Shown: positions 1 through 13,000 of the stretch, in pieces
Layout of the letters: each line of letters opens with the position of its first letter
Position numbering within the stretch: position 1 is the first letter of the stretch
DNA from: Phallusia mammillata
Taxonomy: Eukaryota
Direction: 5' to 3'
Assembly (NCBI GenBank): GCA_965637545.1
Contig: OZ281495.1
Span: forward strand, 31,868,001-31,932,000
Length of the DNA: 64,000 bases
Translations under genes and position numbers: made by a program
Notes under the pieces: generated by a model
The model's database searches: none
Told to the model about the DNA's origin: nothing
Seen by the model: only the letters and a program-made list of their open reading frames with translations

Positions 1-697
1 TGATTTCTGTGTAGCAGTGGGTCGCCACGATGCAGAGAATGAAGAACACACCAATGGAGACGAGGCAAATTCCGACTAAGCGATCGTCGACAGTTTTCTG
101 TGGTAGATCTCCGTAATTGTTTGCGATAAAAGCGATTCCCAGCAATATGAAAGAAGTCCCGGAGATTCCGAGGAGCATGATGCAGACACCTCCCGGTTTA
201 AACCACCTCCGAACTTCCCGGATGCGAGAAAGATGAAAAGGAGGAGCACTAGGAATCGGGGTAGGTGTGGGAATTCGTCCTCCTGTTTCTTCTGCATCCG
301 CGTCGTAGTCAAGAAGCCATGTCTGATATTCCACAGTTACTATTTCGTCGTCATGGTTACCATCAAGGAAGCTCCTCACCGATGTAGGTAGGTCCTCCGT
401 CCTAACGCGCTCCCTCATCCTCCTCCTGGCAGGAAAACCGAAACTGCTCCTCCGCGGAAGATTCTGGATCCCGAAATCCCGATCATCATAGAGATCTTCA
501 GGAAGACTTGAAGATGTAGCTCGGTTGGGATCATATCCTGTCCTCCTGCGGTGCACTGGAGCCGGAGGAGGATTAAATCTTCTGGAAGGAAAGGAGTTGA
601 AATCTTCCGGTGGAGCTCTTGGTTGTCTGATTACGTACTGATGAGCTGAAGAGGTAGATGAAGATGCAGCTTGTTCTTCGGGTAAACTGGTTGACAT
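1..697 (-). CDS. Uncharacterised membrane protein, 3'-partial (Pro/Ser/Arg-rich N-terminus followed by two TM helices)
   Basis: ATG at 697 with an in-frame TAA 9 nt upstream; open for 232 codons to the window edge (MSTSLPEEQAASSS...GGVCIMLLGISGTSFILLGIAFIANNY...RLVGICLVSIGVFFILCIVATHCYTEI). It is absent from the ORF track because no stop lies in the window. Family not recognised. Confidence 0.8.
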   Translation of the reverse strand, partial: MSTSLPEEQAASSSTSSAHQYVIRQPRAPPEDFNSFPSRRFNPPPAPVHRRRTGYDPNRATSSSLPEDLYDDRDFGIQNLPRRSSFGFPARRRMRERVRTEDLPTSVRSFLDGNHDDEIVTVEYQTWLLDYDADAEETGGRIPTPTPIPSAPPFHLSRIREVRRWFKPGGVCIMLLGISGTSFILLGIAFIANNYGDLPQKTVDDRLVGICLVSIGVFFILCIVATHCYTEI

Positions 698-3281
698 GGT
701 TACTTATGAACATGGCACATCAAAAGGTTACAACTTGGCTCCGTGGGTGAATTTAATATTTGTCAGCTGAACACATTCCCGGAAAGCTTTACTTGACACT
801 GTGATTAAACAGAAGCCTAAAACCGTAAGATATGCACATAGCAACACCAACTAGATGTCATGAAAGCCAAAGATCAATGTCGACAGAGTTATGCAATTGG
901 CTGTAAAATAGCATATCAAATTCACAAAACTAAACATATCAGGTTCACAAACCTAAACTATCAAGTCGTATCAAGTCACAAACTATCAACATATTAAGTC
1001 GTGTTGGTATAAAAATTGGACATTTTTACATATTTGTTCCACACAAGCAGTTGTTAGACGCTTACAACTTTAAAGCCTTATCTACAAAACGGTACAAATA
1101 CATAACAATATCTTACGTGCCACGCTGACGTAAGATAACGGTGCTAAACATATAACTCCGTCTCTGAGCTTGATTAGAATGCTAACTACTGGTGAGCTTA
1201 TGTAGATTTAATACATTTTATTGCAAACTGTTTGAAGGCGCTCGTACTAAGCGGCACCTGAAGTTACTTTTTGTACTAACACTACCCACTGTAGTATATG
1301 TAATTAACATGCAATAAAATGTAGGCTATTCACCTTACACTCTCTCAAGTAGTAGAATTTAACTATAAGACTGCTAGTCGTATTTAAAATGCACTAGCTC
1401 TTTTATGGAGGGGATGTCACATAAACATACACTGTACGGTCGCTATTTCCGCTTTTCAGTTTCAATATGCGCAACTGTATTGTTGCGGGAAATGGTATAA
1501 ACACGTCACTAATCGAACTACATCACAGAAAAAATTTCAGTGTATTATGAGTAAGAAGCTGTTTGACCAATCTTATATATTTTGAACCAACGCGGTTTAA
1601 TGGGAATATTTTGAAAAAAAAGTCCTTCAAACGATCAGTATTTGTAAATCAAACGACTTTTACGTTACAATTTTGCCACAGCAACGTCCAAACCTACAAT
1701 GAACCATATTTAAAGCCGTATTAGTCTAATGTAATAAAAAATACAAGAAAAATATAAGCAGTTTCGAAGAATTATTGACGAAGTAATAGATATTTCACCC
1801 TTTTGAGCAATCTCATATTCAAATAAAGTTTAGAATTGGAGACAATACGCGTAGACGTGTTGTGTGGAGATGTAACACAAAACAAACAAAGACAACACAG
1901 ATTTGTTTTAAATACATAATCGATATATTTTCGGAAACTCTCAAACAATTCACCCCAGGATAACCTATACGCAACGACAGGTTGTAATTATGTTCCAATA
2001 TTTAACAGACGAAGAACAAAAGATGGTCACGACTACGACTATATTGTGTGCTTATCTCCAAATTCGGGTAAACTGAATGCAATGCCAGGCTCGGCACGCG
2101 AGTTTAGGGACACGAACGAAGCGCGTAGAATCAATTAATCGTCGAATAGAACGAGGGATTTCGGCGCTAAACAACGACCTGGTTATACAACGCCTGCCAG
2201 CAAATATTTGGGAAACGCCGTTGCCGATAGCACACAGTTCAGTTGCAACCTATCTCACCCATCTGATGATAGTCAATAATTAAACCCTCGTACCCAGTGT
2301 GCGTTATAATGTACGCTAGTCACAGGGAAATGGAATTTAGCTTCAGAATTCAGTCGTTTTACAACCCTGGAGTTTGGAAAGCGGTAAAGTTTATGAGACA
2401 AGTAAAGTAGGGACGTGTTCGTGTTAAGGTCAACAGCGCTAGTTTCACATTCAACGTTCCTGACGGAAAGTCTTTTGTCCTGTTGAGCGCTAGAGAGAGA
2501 GGCTGCAGCCAAACAAAGTGTTGGGCGTGCGGGTTTTAACATTATCAGGACGTTTGAAAATTCAAACAATACAGATATTGCAAAGTGTGATAAATGTTTT
2601 TGTAAATCTGTTGTTGTATAGTGAAGGTATTAAAATGGTTAGGACAACAAACGTAAGTTTTGCAGACAGACGGCAGCAAAGTGGTATAAAGTAAAAAGTC
2701 TTAGGTACCTATTTGGACTGTATGGTAGTTTATAAATGCAATGTTCTAGTTAAACATCAGGTCAAAACCCACAGTTTTAGAACCTGGCGATATTACAAAG
2801 TGCGAATTTTTCTGTGAATCTGTTGTTGTACGATTAAAATGCGTTTAATTGGTTTCGATAAGAATTGCAGGTTTTCACAGTGTTGTGACCGTTCATGTAC
2901 CAAATCTTTATAATAGTGTTCATTATTCAATTAGCAGGGCTGAGACTGAACATAACTACTTTTGGTTGGACTTCCAGTGAATACAATTGTACTTTTTAAA
3001 ACCCTGACAAAGAAGTAAGCAGTTTGAAATAAGTCAAGACAGCAAACCATGGCAGAACCAGGTACGGTTTATTCCAATGTTTAAAACACATAAAATAATA
3101 AAAAAGAATAAAGGAAGTAAGTTTGTATGTGAAGTATATGCAAGTTTCAATATTACTTTAGAATTTGTTGTCAAAACAAGAGAATGCCATAATACAGTAC
3201 ACGTTAGCTTTCTTGTTTAATGCCAGGCTTTCCAAAACAGTGGAATATTGTCCTGATATGCAATATGTTTTCATGTAAAAC

Positions 3282-3479
3282 CAAAGTTGGGCAGCGTTTT
3301 TTCGGGTTGAATTTGGGCTAAGCTTGAAAAAACGGGCTTGATTCGGGCCTGACTTCATACGCGGCCACATTCTTGTCGTAATTTCACCTTAGGGAATCTA
3401 TTTAACCATTATTAGAGTGTTTTGAAATACTTTGCCTGGTAGGGTTCGGCCTCAAATTTTGGGACCACTTAGAACTCTG
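3282..3479. mobile_element. hAT-type MITE (CAGAGTTG.. TIR family with CGGGCT-rich interior)
   Basis: Imperfect TIRs caaagttgg...gaactctg flanked by tgtaaaac/cgtaaaac (7/8 TSD). Related sequence occurs at 54857-55191 and as fragments near 35400-35570, 61760-61830 and 62815-62960. Confidence 0.6.
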
Positions 3480-4208
3480 CGTAAAACCACTGATATGGCC
3501 AACTAGCCTGTTAAAAGTTTCATGGTTCAGCATGTTAAGACAAAACATACATCATGATCTTTAATAATAAAGTTTCTTTAATAACAGATTTGATTGACAG
3601 CACGACGACCGCTTATCAAAGTTCATTTCTTGGATCTTACAACGATGCCGTCAGTACGTAGAACGTTTTATGTTTGAACATAGCACAGCGTATATTTACT
3701 TTGGATCCAGCATTTAAACAGAATGCTTTGTTGGAAAGGCGGAGCACAAATTCTAGTTGTTGTTTTTTCAAATTCTATTTTTTGATCAAGTCTCTGCGCA
3801 GCCGTGTTGGAAACTCCCTAGCGCTTTAAAAAAAAAAAACTATAGTCCACAGTTCAATTGGTTTGTCGCTTCTGGCAATAAATAAGTAAAGTGTTTACGA
3901 AAGTTTTTGTTGGTCTTTTAACCACTTTATGTAAAGAAAGCCTGTGTTTTTATCTTCTTTACACATTAATTTGACGACCTCCAATAAGCCGCTTAACTAG
4001 ACAAAGCAATGTTTAAGTGTTACGAAATTTGCTATTGTTAACGTAAGGTAAAAATCCTTAACACTTCTTTAACGTTGAACTTGAAACAGTTTACATATCC
4101 TGTATCTTCGGGATTCTCGGCGCCGTCATGGTCGTAGCGCTTATATTCTTTATTCTCGAACACTGCGGCTTTCTGACGTCACAAGCAGACGCTCGAGCGC
4201 GTTCCATT

Positions 4209-7200
4209 ATGACGAAACACGACAAACTGATTCGAGAAGCGGAATCGCGAACTTATCCGGTCATGTACGGGCAAGAAATTAAACCGGTTCGATCAGCAGC
4301 GCCATCCTATGGTAAGTTAGCGCTTAAGAAAATCGGTGTTGACACAATTGCACAAAACCATTTTAATAGTTGAAAAAAGTGAAGGCGCAAATTGTAAACG
4401 GAAGATAAACGCTGTACAACCGCTTCATAATACGGAGTAGTTTCAGCGCGTTGAGTCGTTATCCACCAATTGTGCCATCCACTATTTTGAGCTCCCTGAA
4501 CGTTTTAACGTTGCGCAGCTATTTCAGACTTGATGATTATTCAGTGCAATTGTGTATCTATTTGTTCTTTCACCAAGCAAAATAAATTTAACTTAATAGT
4601 TGTGTGGTGCAATCTGATTCCATTGAACGTAAACGGTGATTATCGAAATAAAGCCCAAGTTGGAGTCAACTCTGCAACTGTGTTTTAGCCTTTCCTAGTT
4701 TTAGGTACTTTGATTTGGTCTATGTCCAAGTTCGTTTCGCTAACCTAATTTTACAAGTTACAGCTCAGGTTAAGAAGCCTCGTAGCCAATTAGATCAGTG
4801 CAACTACATATGTATGGGTACAGTGCATTTTCAGGCGGTGTTTCGACAATCAAGCACCAAAACAAAGCAACACTAACACAGTCCAAATCCAAGTGCTTAA
4901 AAATTCTAGGGCTAGGTCAAACAGAATCAACCGTTTGTTAAATATTGTGTATATACCGGTCGATTCTGTTTGGCCTAGGGGTTTTCTACACTGGGTTTTG
5001 GAGTATGTTAAAGTAGAAAACATTAATCACCGGAAATTGCGAATTGTAAGGGTTGATTTCACTTTAAACTCCATCTTATTTTCTTAAGTTTAACACAACT
5101 CATATTCTCCAACAGCCACCGACAGAACTCCGGAACTGAACCAAGAAGCGGCTTTAAACTACATCAACCACGTTTTCGCGGACATAGACGACGATTTCGC
5201 CCATACAGCTGAGAATGGTGACTTGAAACGGATTGCTTATGACCCCAACGAAGTTTTCATGCCTGATAAAATCAACAAACCCGCTGTGACCGTGGCTTAT
5301 GAGAGATACAGAAAAGAAGTAGATGGACCAGATGTGAAGAAGCCAAATGGAACAAAGGTTGGTTTGCAAGTGATTGGTCAAATACCATTTTATCAATTGC
5401 AAGTTGGAACTATTTTGACTGCATCAGTGGTGTTTCATTTTATGAAGTGGAGAACTGTTTAGATCAAGAAAAACGACTTGACTTAATGAATGATCAAAAA
5501 TTGATACTTTTTTGAACTTATTAAGGTTATAATTTTTGATCGGTTTTAATCATTTGATTGGTCACAATAACACAAACAGTGCCAACACCTTACAAAATGA
5601 TTTCATCTACAAATAAGTTACCAAAAATGCACCAAGAGTGTCACAACGAGACAGACAACTCAGTGCGAGTTCAATATATTCGGGTGGTTTTCCGCCAAAC
5701 CAAAGTACACACAGTCACTAACAAATCCAAAAACAAGCTCAGTGAGTTCTTTCAACGTAGGAGCAACAACACACACGTAGTCATATGACGCGATGTCACG
5801 TGCTTTAAACTAAACGTTCAAGGGTTGTTTTAAAAGGTTGGCGGTCCGTGTTTTGTTCAGCGAGATATTATTAAACATACCAGTATGTTGCAAATCATTA
5901 ACTAGTACGGATAAAGCCTAATGCTCAAAGTACGTTGTTGGTGTCGAAAAGAATATCGGCGTGCAGATACGTTTATAAATAACACCTGCTTATTGTGCGT
6001 TATCAAATATCATTTTCGTTGTGTTTTTGCAGTTTTGTAGACTGCAATAAAACAAAATGGCACACAAATTTCCGTGTGTAACAAATGATCAACGTATAAG
6101 CCACACACGATAGCCTGTGCACAGCATAGATTTTCATGTACATGGACATGCACAAAAGCTCCCTGACTACACTGAGGGCCATTGTAAGCTAAGCAGTTTA
6201 TATGCAGCATAGATTTTCATGTGTATGGACATATACACAAGATCCCTGGAAACATCACATGGACCATCGTGAGCAAAAATAAACATACACGCTGTGATCA
6301 CACATCATTTTAAACGCATGATATATTTCCATACAAAACAATAAGTGCAACATTTTGGCTCAGGTTCCCATGGCCGGGGAGCAGATCGATTACAGCGAAC
6401 CCGAACGTCAACACCCAATTTTATCAGTTGCCATGGACGACTACGACCCCAGAGCGGAGAGAGAGGAGGAGAGGAGGAAAGAAGAAGATAGAACAGACAA
6501 AGTAAAGGTTAAAGTTCAAATGGAGGAGACCGTCGTCCCAGATAAACCAGTGTATAAGAGTCAATCGATCATGTACGAAGATCCAAAGGTTTGTGGCGCA
6601 TTTTTTAACCTACCTACATTAATTCTATTGTCTTTTATCCCGGGGTTCGAACCCAGAACGCTCTCTAGGATGAATTTTGAGGCTTTTGTAATGTCTGTAT
6701 ATAAGTCAGGCGCCTCGGGACCATTGGTGTAGTTAGGGTAGAGCTACTAACACAAGAACTCACAACAGAAAAGTTTGCTAAATACCGATAGATGGCGTAA
6801 AGAGCGCGTTTAATTAAACTAACACTGAGACTGGGATTGGATTAGGAACCAAATTTAACATTAGTAACTAAGATTTTAGGTTAATTGTATGGTAATTGTT
6901 ATGAAACCTCACCCGAAACCCGAATAGCCCTAACCCAAATAATGCATTTGAAATATTCGCGAATGTTCTTTTCGCCACCAAACAGTATTCAGCAAAAAAG
7001 TTCTTGTGTTGAAAGGAGACTATTGTACTTGCAAAATTCAACCACAGCATAGCGTCGCTCATTTTGACAAGCACAATTTTAAACACTGATAAGTTTGTGT
7101 ACATTGTGGCGTTGGTGTCTCGTTTCTCAAGTGGAAAAACAAACATGATCGAATTAGCTAGGTAAGACACATGCCGATAAGTCATACTGTGTACAAATAC

Positions 7201-8149
7201 ACGCCGATAAACAATATTAATCATAAAACGCAACAGCCTTGGTGCTATGCAGGTGACACAATTTAATATTATATGAAGGGAAGGTATGACATGGCTTCCA
7301 TGCAAGTTGCTTAGGTTTATGAACACTTTTGTATTGTTAAATTTACTACCAAACTATATTGCACGGTTGTTGGTATTAATGCTCAAAGTAATAAGTGTAT
7401 GTGAGAGTTTAGTTCACAAAAAATGCCGCAAATAAACACTGGAGGTTAACTCTTCATTCCAAGATACGTGCTGAAATTGAATTGCAAACGAAATTCTTGT
7501 GTGAAATTCAGGCCAACTGGTCCAAGTTTAACCGACCTGGTGCGGCTGATATACCCGTATTGTATCACTGATAATATGATTGGCATTTGCCGAAACGTTT
7601 ACTAACAAAGCATGCCGCTTTCCATTTAACCATTATACTTCTCTCAAAACTTACAAACGGATTCGCGAAACTGGTTTAAAAATTAAATTGTGATGTAAGT
7701 GATCGTGCCCGCGTAGTGTTTGTAGAATGTTTTGCATTACCTTAACAATTGTAAGCTTCTGTTTTGACGGTGGTTGCTTGTTATTTATCAACCGTTACGT
7801 TACAATTTTATTTTTGTAGATTGCCAAGCGAGAAAGAGCGGAGGAGTTGCGTCGAAAAGAGGAACTAAAGAAACAAGAGGAGAAAAAACGGCAAAGCAAA
7901 CGGATCGTGGTGGAAAGTCCGACTTCTGTCAAAGAAGATACAGTCCCAGTTAAACTTGTGCAACCTCAGAGAAAGATCCCGATCCAAAGAAAAACCAACC
8001 AATCAACGAAGAGTTCATCTTCAACCAGCCAATCACCGACAAGCAAATCTCCAAGCAGCCAATCACCGACGAGAAAAGTTCCAATCAACCAATCACCGAT
8101 AACTCCCGACAGCAAACCATCAACTGAATTTACATACTTTGGTTATTGA
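4209..8149 (+). CDS. Uncharacterised 299-aa hydrophilic protein with a charged coiled-coil and Ser/Pro/Thr-rich tail; 4 exons
   Basis: Exons 4209-4311, 5116-5357, 6364-6588 and 7820-8149. All GT-AG with phases 1,0,0 joining in frame (900 nt). The C-terminus has QSPT-type repeats from agccaatcaccgac units and ends TEFTYFGY*. An upstream in-frame ATG at 4128 is possible. Confidence 0.8.
6639..6730 (-). mobile_element. tRNA-derived SINE family 1 fragment
   Basis: The minus strand carries a B-box (GGGTTCGAACCCC) and an A-box-like segment. It aligns by eye with 62042-62138 (A-box GGCCGAATGGTC), with fragments at ~37283-37320 and ~45925-46000. Confidence 0.55.
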
Positions 8150-10040
8150 TCAATACCACTTGTGTTTTCGACATTGAATTTTTGTCCATCTTTGATTAAC
8201 CTTATATAGTTTTCCGTATACGCATTTACAGAAAAAACTCGTTATTATACTTATTTACGCATACTGTTTTCATTTGTTTTTACGAATCTTTCTGCTTGTT
8301 CGTAGATACTGACGATGCTGTAAACGCGAAATATATATTTAAAACCAAAGGATGTACGACTAAGTGTTTTTACTGAACTTAGACCCATTGCTATAAGGCT
8401 CATTAGTCTTCATCCACCAAGCAACGAACTGGGTGATTCCAGCTTTAAGTTTCAATTACGAGTGTTGTGTTATACTTTATTTACCCTTTAACTTCGCCAG
8501 TCTAACTGAAGTTTATGAGTTCAATAAGAAACAGATATGGCAATGCACTTGATCAAAGCATGCTTACACAAATATACTGGCTCGTTTGTTTCTTTGTGAG
8601 TTTTTCAAACGTGAATTGCGTAACTTATAATTCATCAGCGTGTCAATTGTTTTGAGCTATTCTTCAGGGGCAAATGCAAATGTGGTCATTTTTACTGTTC
8701 AAAAAGGTCTTTTGTGCCTTTGTCCAACTAAGGTGTGCATGAGAAGGACTTTTGAATGTTTAAAAGCGACACAAAACAAGTCGAGAAGTTAGTTTAAGTT
8801 GTGTAATTGCTTACAAATTGTTGTTTATCCTTTTCTCGTTTTGTTAAATGCATGTAAACATTTGTAAACTAAACATATTTTATTACATTTTCTGATAGTA
8901 TGTGTGTGTTTTTACAGCTTTATAGAATGACTTACAGCAGTGTCACACCAATCACAATCAACATCTAGTAAGAATTGGATTATCTTGAGCTAAAAATGAT
9001 GTCTCACCACACACAGAGGATGACGTAGCAAAATAAATCACACCTATTTCTTGCCGTAGTGCTGCCCCTGTTTAGAGCGTGCAGTGATATCACCTGGGCA
9101 TTGTGCAGCTCGTCATAGAGCATATCCTGTGGCTTGGTAATGTGAGCTTAAAAGGAAGTGAAGTAGCATGACTACCCTAGCCAGGCTAAAGTGTCACTGT
9201 GTATTACGCATTGCACGTATATCTCTCATTTCCTGAAACGCATCTTAAGTTTTGTTCTTTAGAAATCCACAGTAGTTCCTTATCCCGCAAAGCATGCAGC
9301 TGGTTTAAAGAGAGATTGTGTATAATTACTAGGCAGAATGTAAGTTGGAAATTGCATGTTGTGCCACGTTCTGCAGGCTGTATTTAAATTCGGGCAATCA
9401 AGGATATGCGATTAGCATTGGAGAGGCAAATTACGGACGTAACATATAGCGGAGTAGGCTACACAGGTTCTATCGCAACGTTGTGTAGCTCGCAGAATAT
9501 GGAAAGTAAAATTGATTAAAATATGAGGCTAACACTACTTGGTTCAAAAATAAATGAAATAAGTTTAACGTGGAAAAATTGGGATTCGGAAAAAAATCTA
9601 TGAGGGTCGTTGAATTTTAGCGTGTTAGTATTAAAGACCACTGGATCAAGGCTATAGGGCAGAATATACAACACCAAGAACCGAAACAGTAAGATTAGTA
9701 GAAAGATTGACAATAAATTCGAGAAGATTGGTCAAAAATAAAAGTTTTTAAGTTTGTGTTTAGGATTTTCGAATCGCAAAGCGTTTAGTTGTGATGGCAA
9801 TTTAAAACTGAGAAACTATTGCATTTAGAGTATGTAATTGAAGGCATATGTAAGTAAATGACTGGCAAACTGGACCTTCGCAAAAAGTGTTGAATATTTA
9901 AATAATAAACCAAATACCCTATAGAAAAGTGCAAGCAACCTAAAGATAATAGTATGACATGATTTTTTTCAGCTAATACAAGGTGTATACGTGTAAATTA
10001 AACATATTCTCCTGATATTCATATCTTTACTCCTGCCAAA

Positions 10041-13000
10041 ATGAAGGCAGCTTCCATATTGCTGCTAGCCCTTTGTGCAATTGGAACACGAGGACAAGAC
10101 GTCGTTTGTCCTGCTCCCAATGTCCATTGTGACTGTGGTGACGTCATAGACGGAGTTGTTAGTTGTAGAGACATTAATGAAGTGCCGGAACAATTGCCCA
10201 CCAATACTGTGTGGTTGGACTTGGGGCAGGGAGTGATTGGGCCAGTGCTATTGAAAATCCAGGTATGTAAGCAGCCCTTGTTTCCAGTTCGATATGTTAA
10301 ATCTTGTCGCTTTGTAATTAATCGAAAGTTTCCGTTTTATAAACATACACATGAATCGTATTTTTATGGTTTTTGAAACCTTTTCACTATTTCTAACTAT
10401 TGGAAATTTTTTGACAAAAACGGTTTGGAAAAATAGTAATAAACCGAATACGTCAAACAAAAACCGACAAAATAGTTTGTTATTACAAAAATCCATTCAA
10501 AATAAGCCGACATGCTTCAAAATTAAATGTTTCTGTTTTAAATAGAAAGATTAAATTTATTTCGACAAGTGAATGATATTTTAGACTTTACCAAACAAAC
10601 GCTCAAAATTGACATTGAGTAACAGCTGACGTCACTTAACTGTTTAAACCACCACAAACCAAGTTTATTTGAGTTATAACATGAAATATTACAAATGCCA
10701 TGTTAAACCTTATACGGTCAAAACTGTGATCTAAACATCCGGAAAACATAAAAATAGCAACAAGACTGACTTTGTTGCGACTAAAGCAACGAATTTTGAA
10801 GGAAACAAACGCTGGTATTTCCATATTCAGCTGTTGGTCGCATACCAACAATGTCACAAGATAAACGAACGCGCAAGCCACGTTTATCTGCACAAGCTCT
10901 GTGACGTAACATGGCAGAATGTGATGTGACAAACAGCACTGTGACGTAATATTCAACAGTTGATGTAGAGGTCTGTCGGTTTAGCTGGAAATGTGCCATG
11001 TAGTGTTGTGAGATTTCTTCTAAGTCTAATCAAAACAGTTACTCCAAATCGTGTTGTACTTTGGATGTAGATTCTCCCACGGTGGAGGCCTATGAACTTT
11101 GTGTGAGTACTCACCACAAGTTATTCATAAGGTTTAGAAATAGTAAGAAAAGTTTGGGAAATGATTTCATAAGTTTTCGATACACTGGAATAACCCAACA
11201 ATCACGTATTTTCCTACAAGGGTTACAAGTCAAGCAAGATCCCCAACAACATTCAATACATTTCTGTTTTACAAATATGAACGTTTCTGTTTCAGATGTA
11301 CCGTCTCAACTCGCTCAAGATAACCAACCTGTACCTGTCAGACAACAAGATCGAGGCCATAGAAGACAACGCGTTCGACATGATGTATCTTGTCGTTGAA
11401 CTTGATCTCTCCGGAAACAAAATCCAGGGTAAGGAACGAACTTAAAACTCCGAAATAGGCAAATCGCAGCTACGCAAGTTAAGAAGAAACCTAAGTTTGA
11501 GTTTATAAGCAAATAAACTGGTTGGTACGATCTATCATTCCCTATCATTTATCCAATATCACGTTTTGGAAGGTTGCTAAACAATGTCAAAATAAGGTTT
11601 AAGTTCGTTAAAAAGCGCATCTGGACCGCTCAGTCAAATGCCCACAGCTTTGCCGACGTATGCCCTAATTCAAAAAACGCCAGCCCCCCAAATAATACGT
11701 TAATGATTCCTTTAAACCGGAAAAAAAGGCAAACGAGTTCTAACTTTAAATGTTGTCAAGAACTTCAAAGAAAAGCATGGAACAAGGGAAATGTATATAT
11801 AAGCTATTGCTGCCATGCATAATATCAAATACATTTGCCAGAAGAGCTGTATAAACTTGAAGGGATATGTATCTGACTTATAAAATACTACAGCATAAAA
11901 AAACGCAACACCATGGGTGTATTATAACATCTTGGACAATTGCAACTGTTTTTGAAGTTGACGAATCCCTTTGTGGACAAACGCACACAATCATTCTGTT
12001 TTGTAGACTTACTGCAAAGTTTAGTTGTCAGCAATGGTAAAACTTTTAAGCTTTTTCACAAGACCCCTAAATGAAATTACTACGTTGCAACGTGAACCTA
12101 AATAACCCCATTAAAAAGACGCTTTCATAATAACAAGTCGCAGCCAACCGATACGTAACAATCCCCTGCGGTCATAGGTAATCACTTCTGTCTGCGTAAT
12201 CGCAATGTAATGCGGTGAGCTTACGCGTGTAGTTGAATCATCAAACTGCTTACGGTCTGACAGTGATCTAAATAACATTGTAAGACCTACATATCTGCGA
12301 CACAGTGCAATGAATACAAATTAAACGACACTTGTTAAGTCGGAGCTGTCGAAAATGTTGGTATTCAATATTCTATGTTTAAAATGTTATTGGTAACAGT
12401 GAGATTCAAACCCGTAACTGAAAATTTACAGCGCAAGCTATTTCAACGTCATGGATACAAAACCCACTGATATCTGATATGCTGCATTTACTATACAGTT
12501 GATCTTTTAACACCGAAAGAGCAAACTATTCATACACAAGACAAAAAATCGACAAATTTTTATCAAGTTTAATTAAATGATTGATGTTTTTGGCCCCAAG
12601 GTGTGTAGATTTTAAGTGATTGATTTAATTTTATATATTTTTACCCTTAGTTATAAAAGGTAAATACGCTTGTGTTACTGTAAGCCGTTATGTAACAACT
12701 AATAACACGACTTTGGACTAACAGACGATCGAAAACGCGTTTCAAAAGCTGCTACAAAACTATACAGCAAAAAGACACACAAACTTTGCCACGTAGCTTT
12801 ATCAATTCTTCATTGGATTGAATGAAAACAAACAAAATCCAAATCTAATCTTAAATCCAATAAATAACAACATTTTTTTAGCTTTGACCGACAACACTTT
12901 GGTGGGGCTAAAGAGCTTGAAAACCCTGTACCTCGCCAACAACGAGTTAAAGGTTCTGCCATCACGCATATTCGAAAATGTTCCAACCCTGCAGTATCTG

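Noticed and set aside
6085-6270. CRISPR-like or functional array (also 900-1000, 40440-40800, 52360-52440)
   Set aside because: These are degenerate two- to three-copy tandem duplications in a eukaryotic context, with no constant-repeat/unique-spacer structure or cas genes.
7565-7605. Additional hammerhead (ctgataa...gccgaaacgtt)
   Set aside because: The core is mutated and stems are not convincingly paired; at best a very old family-B relic.
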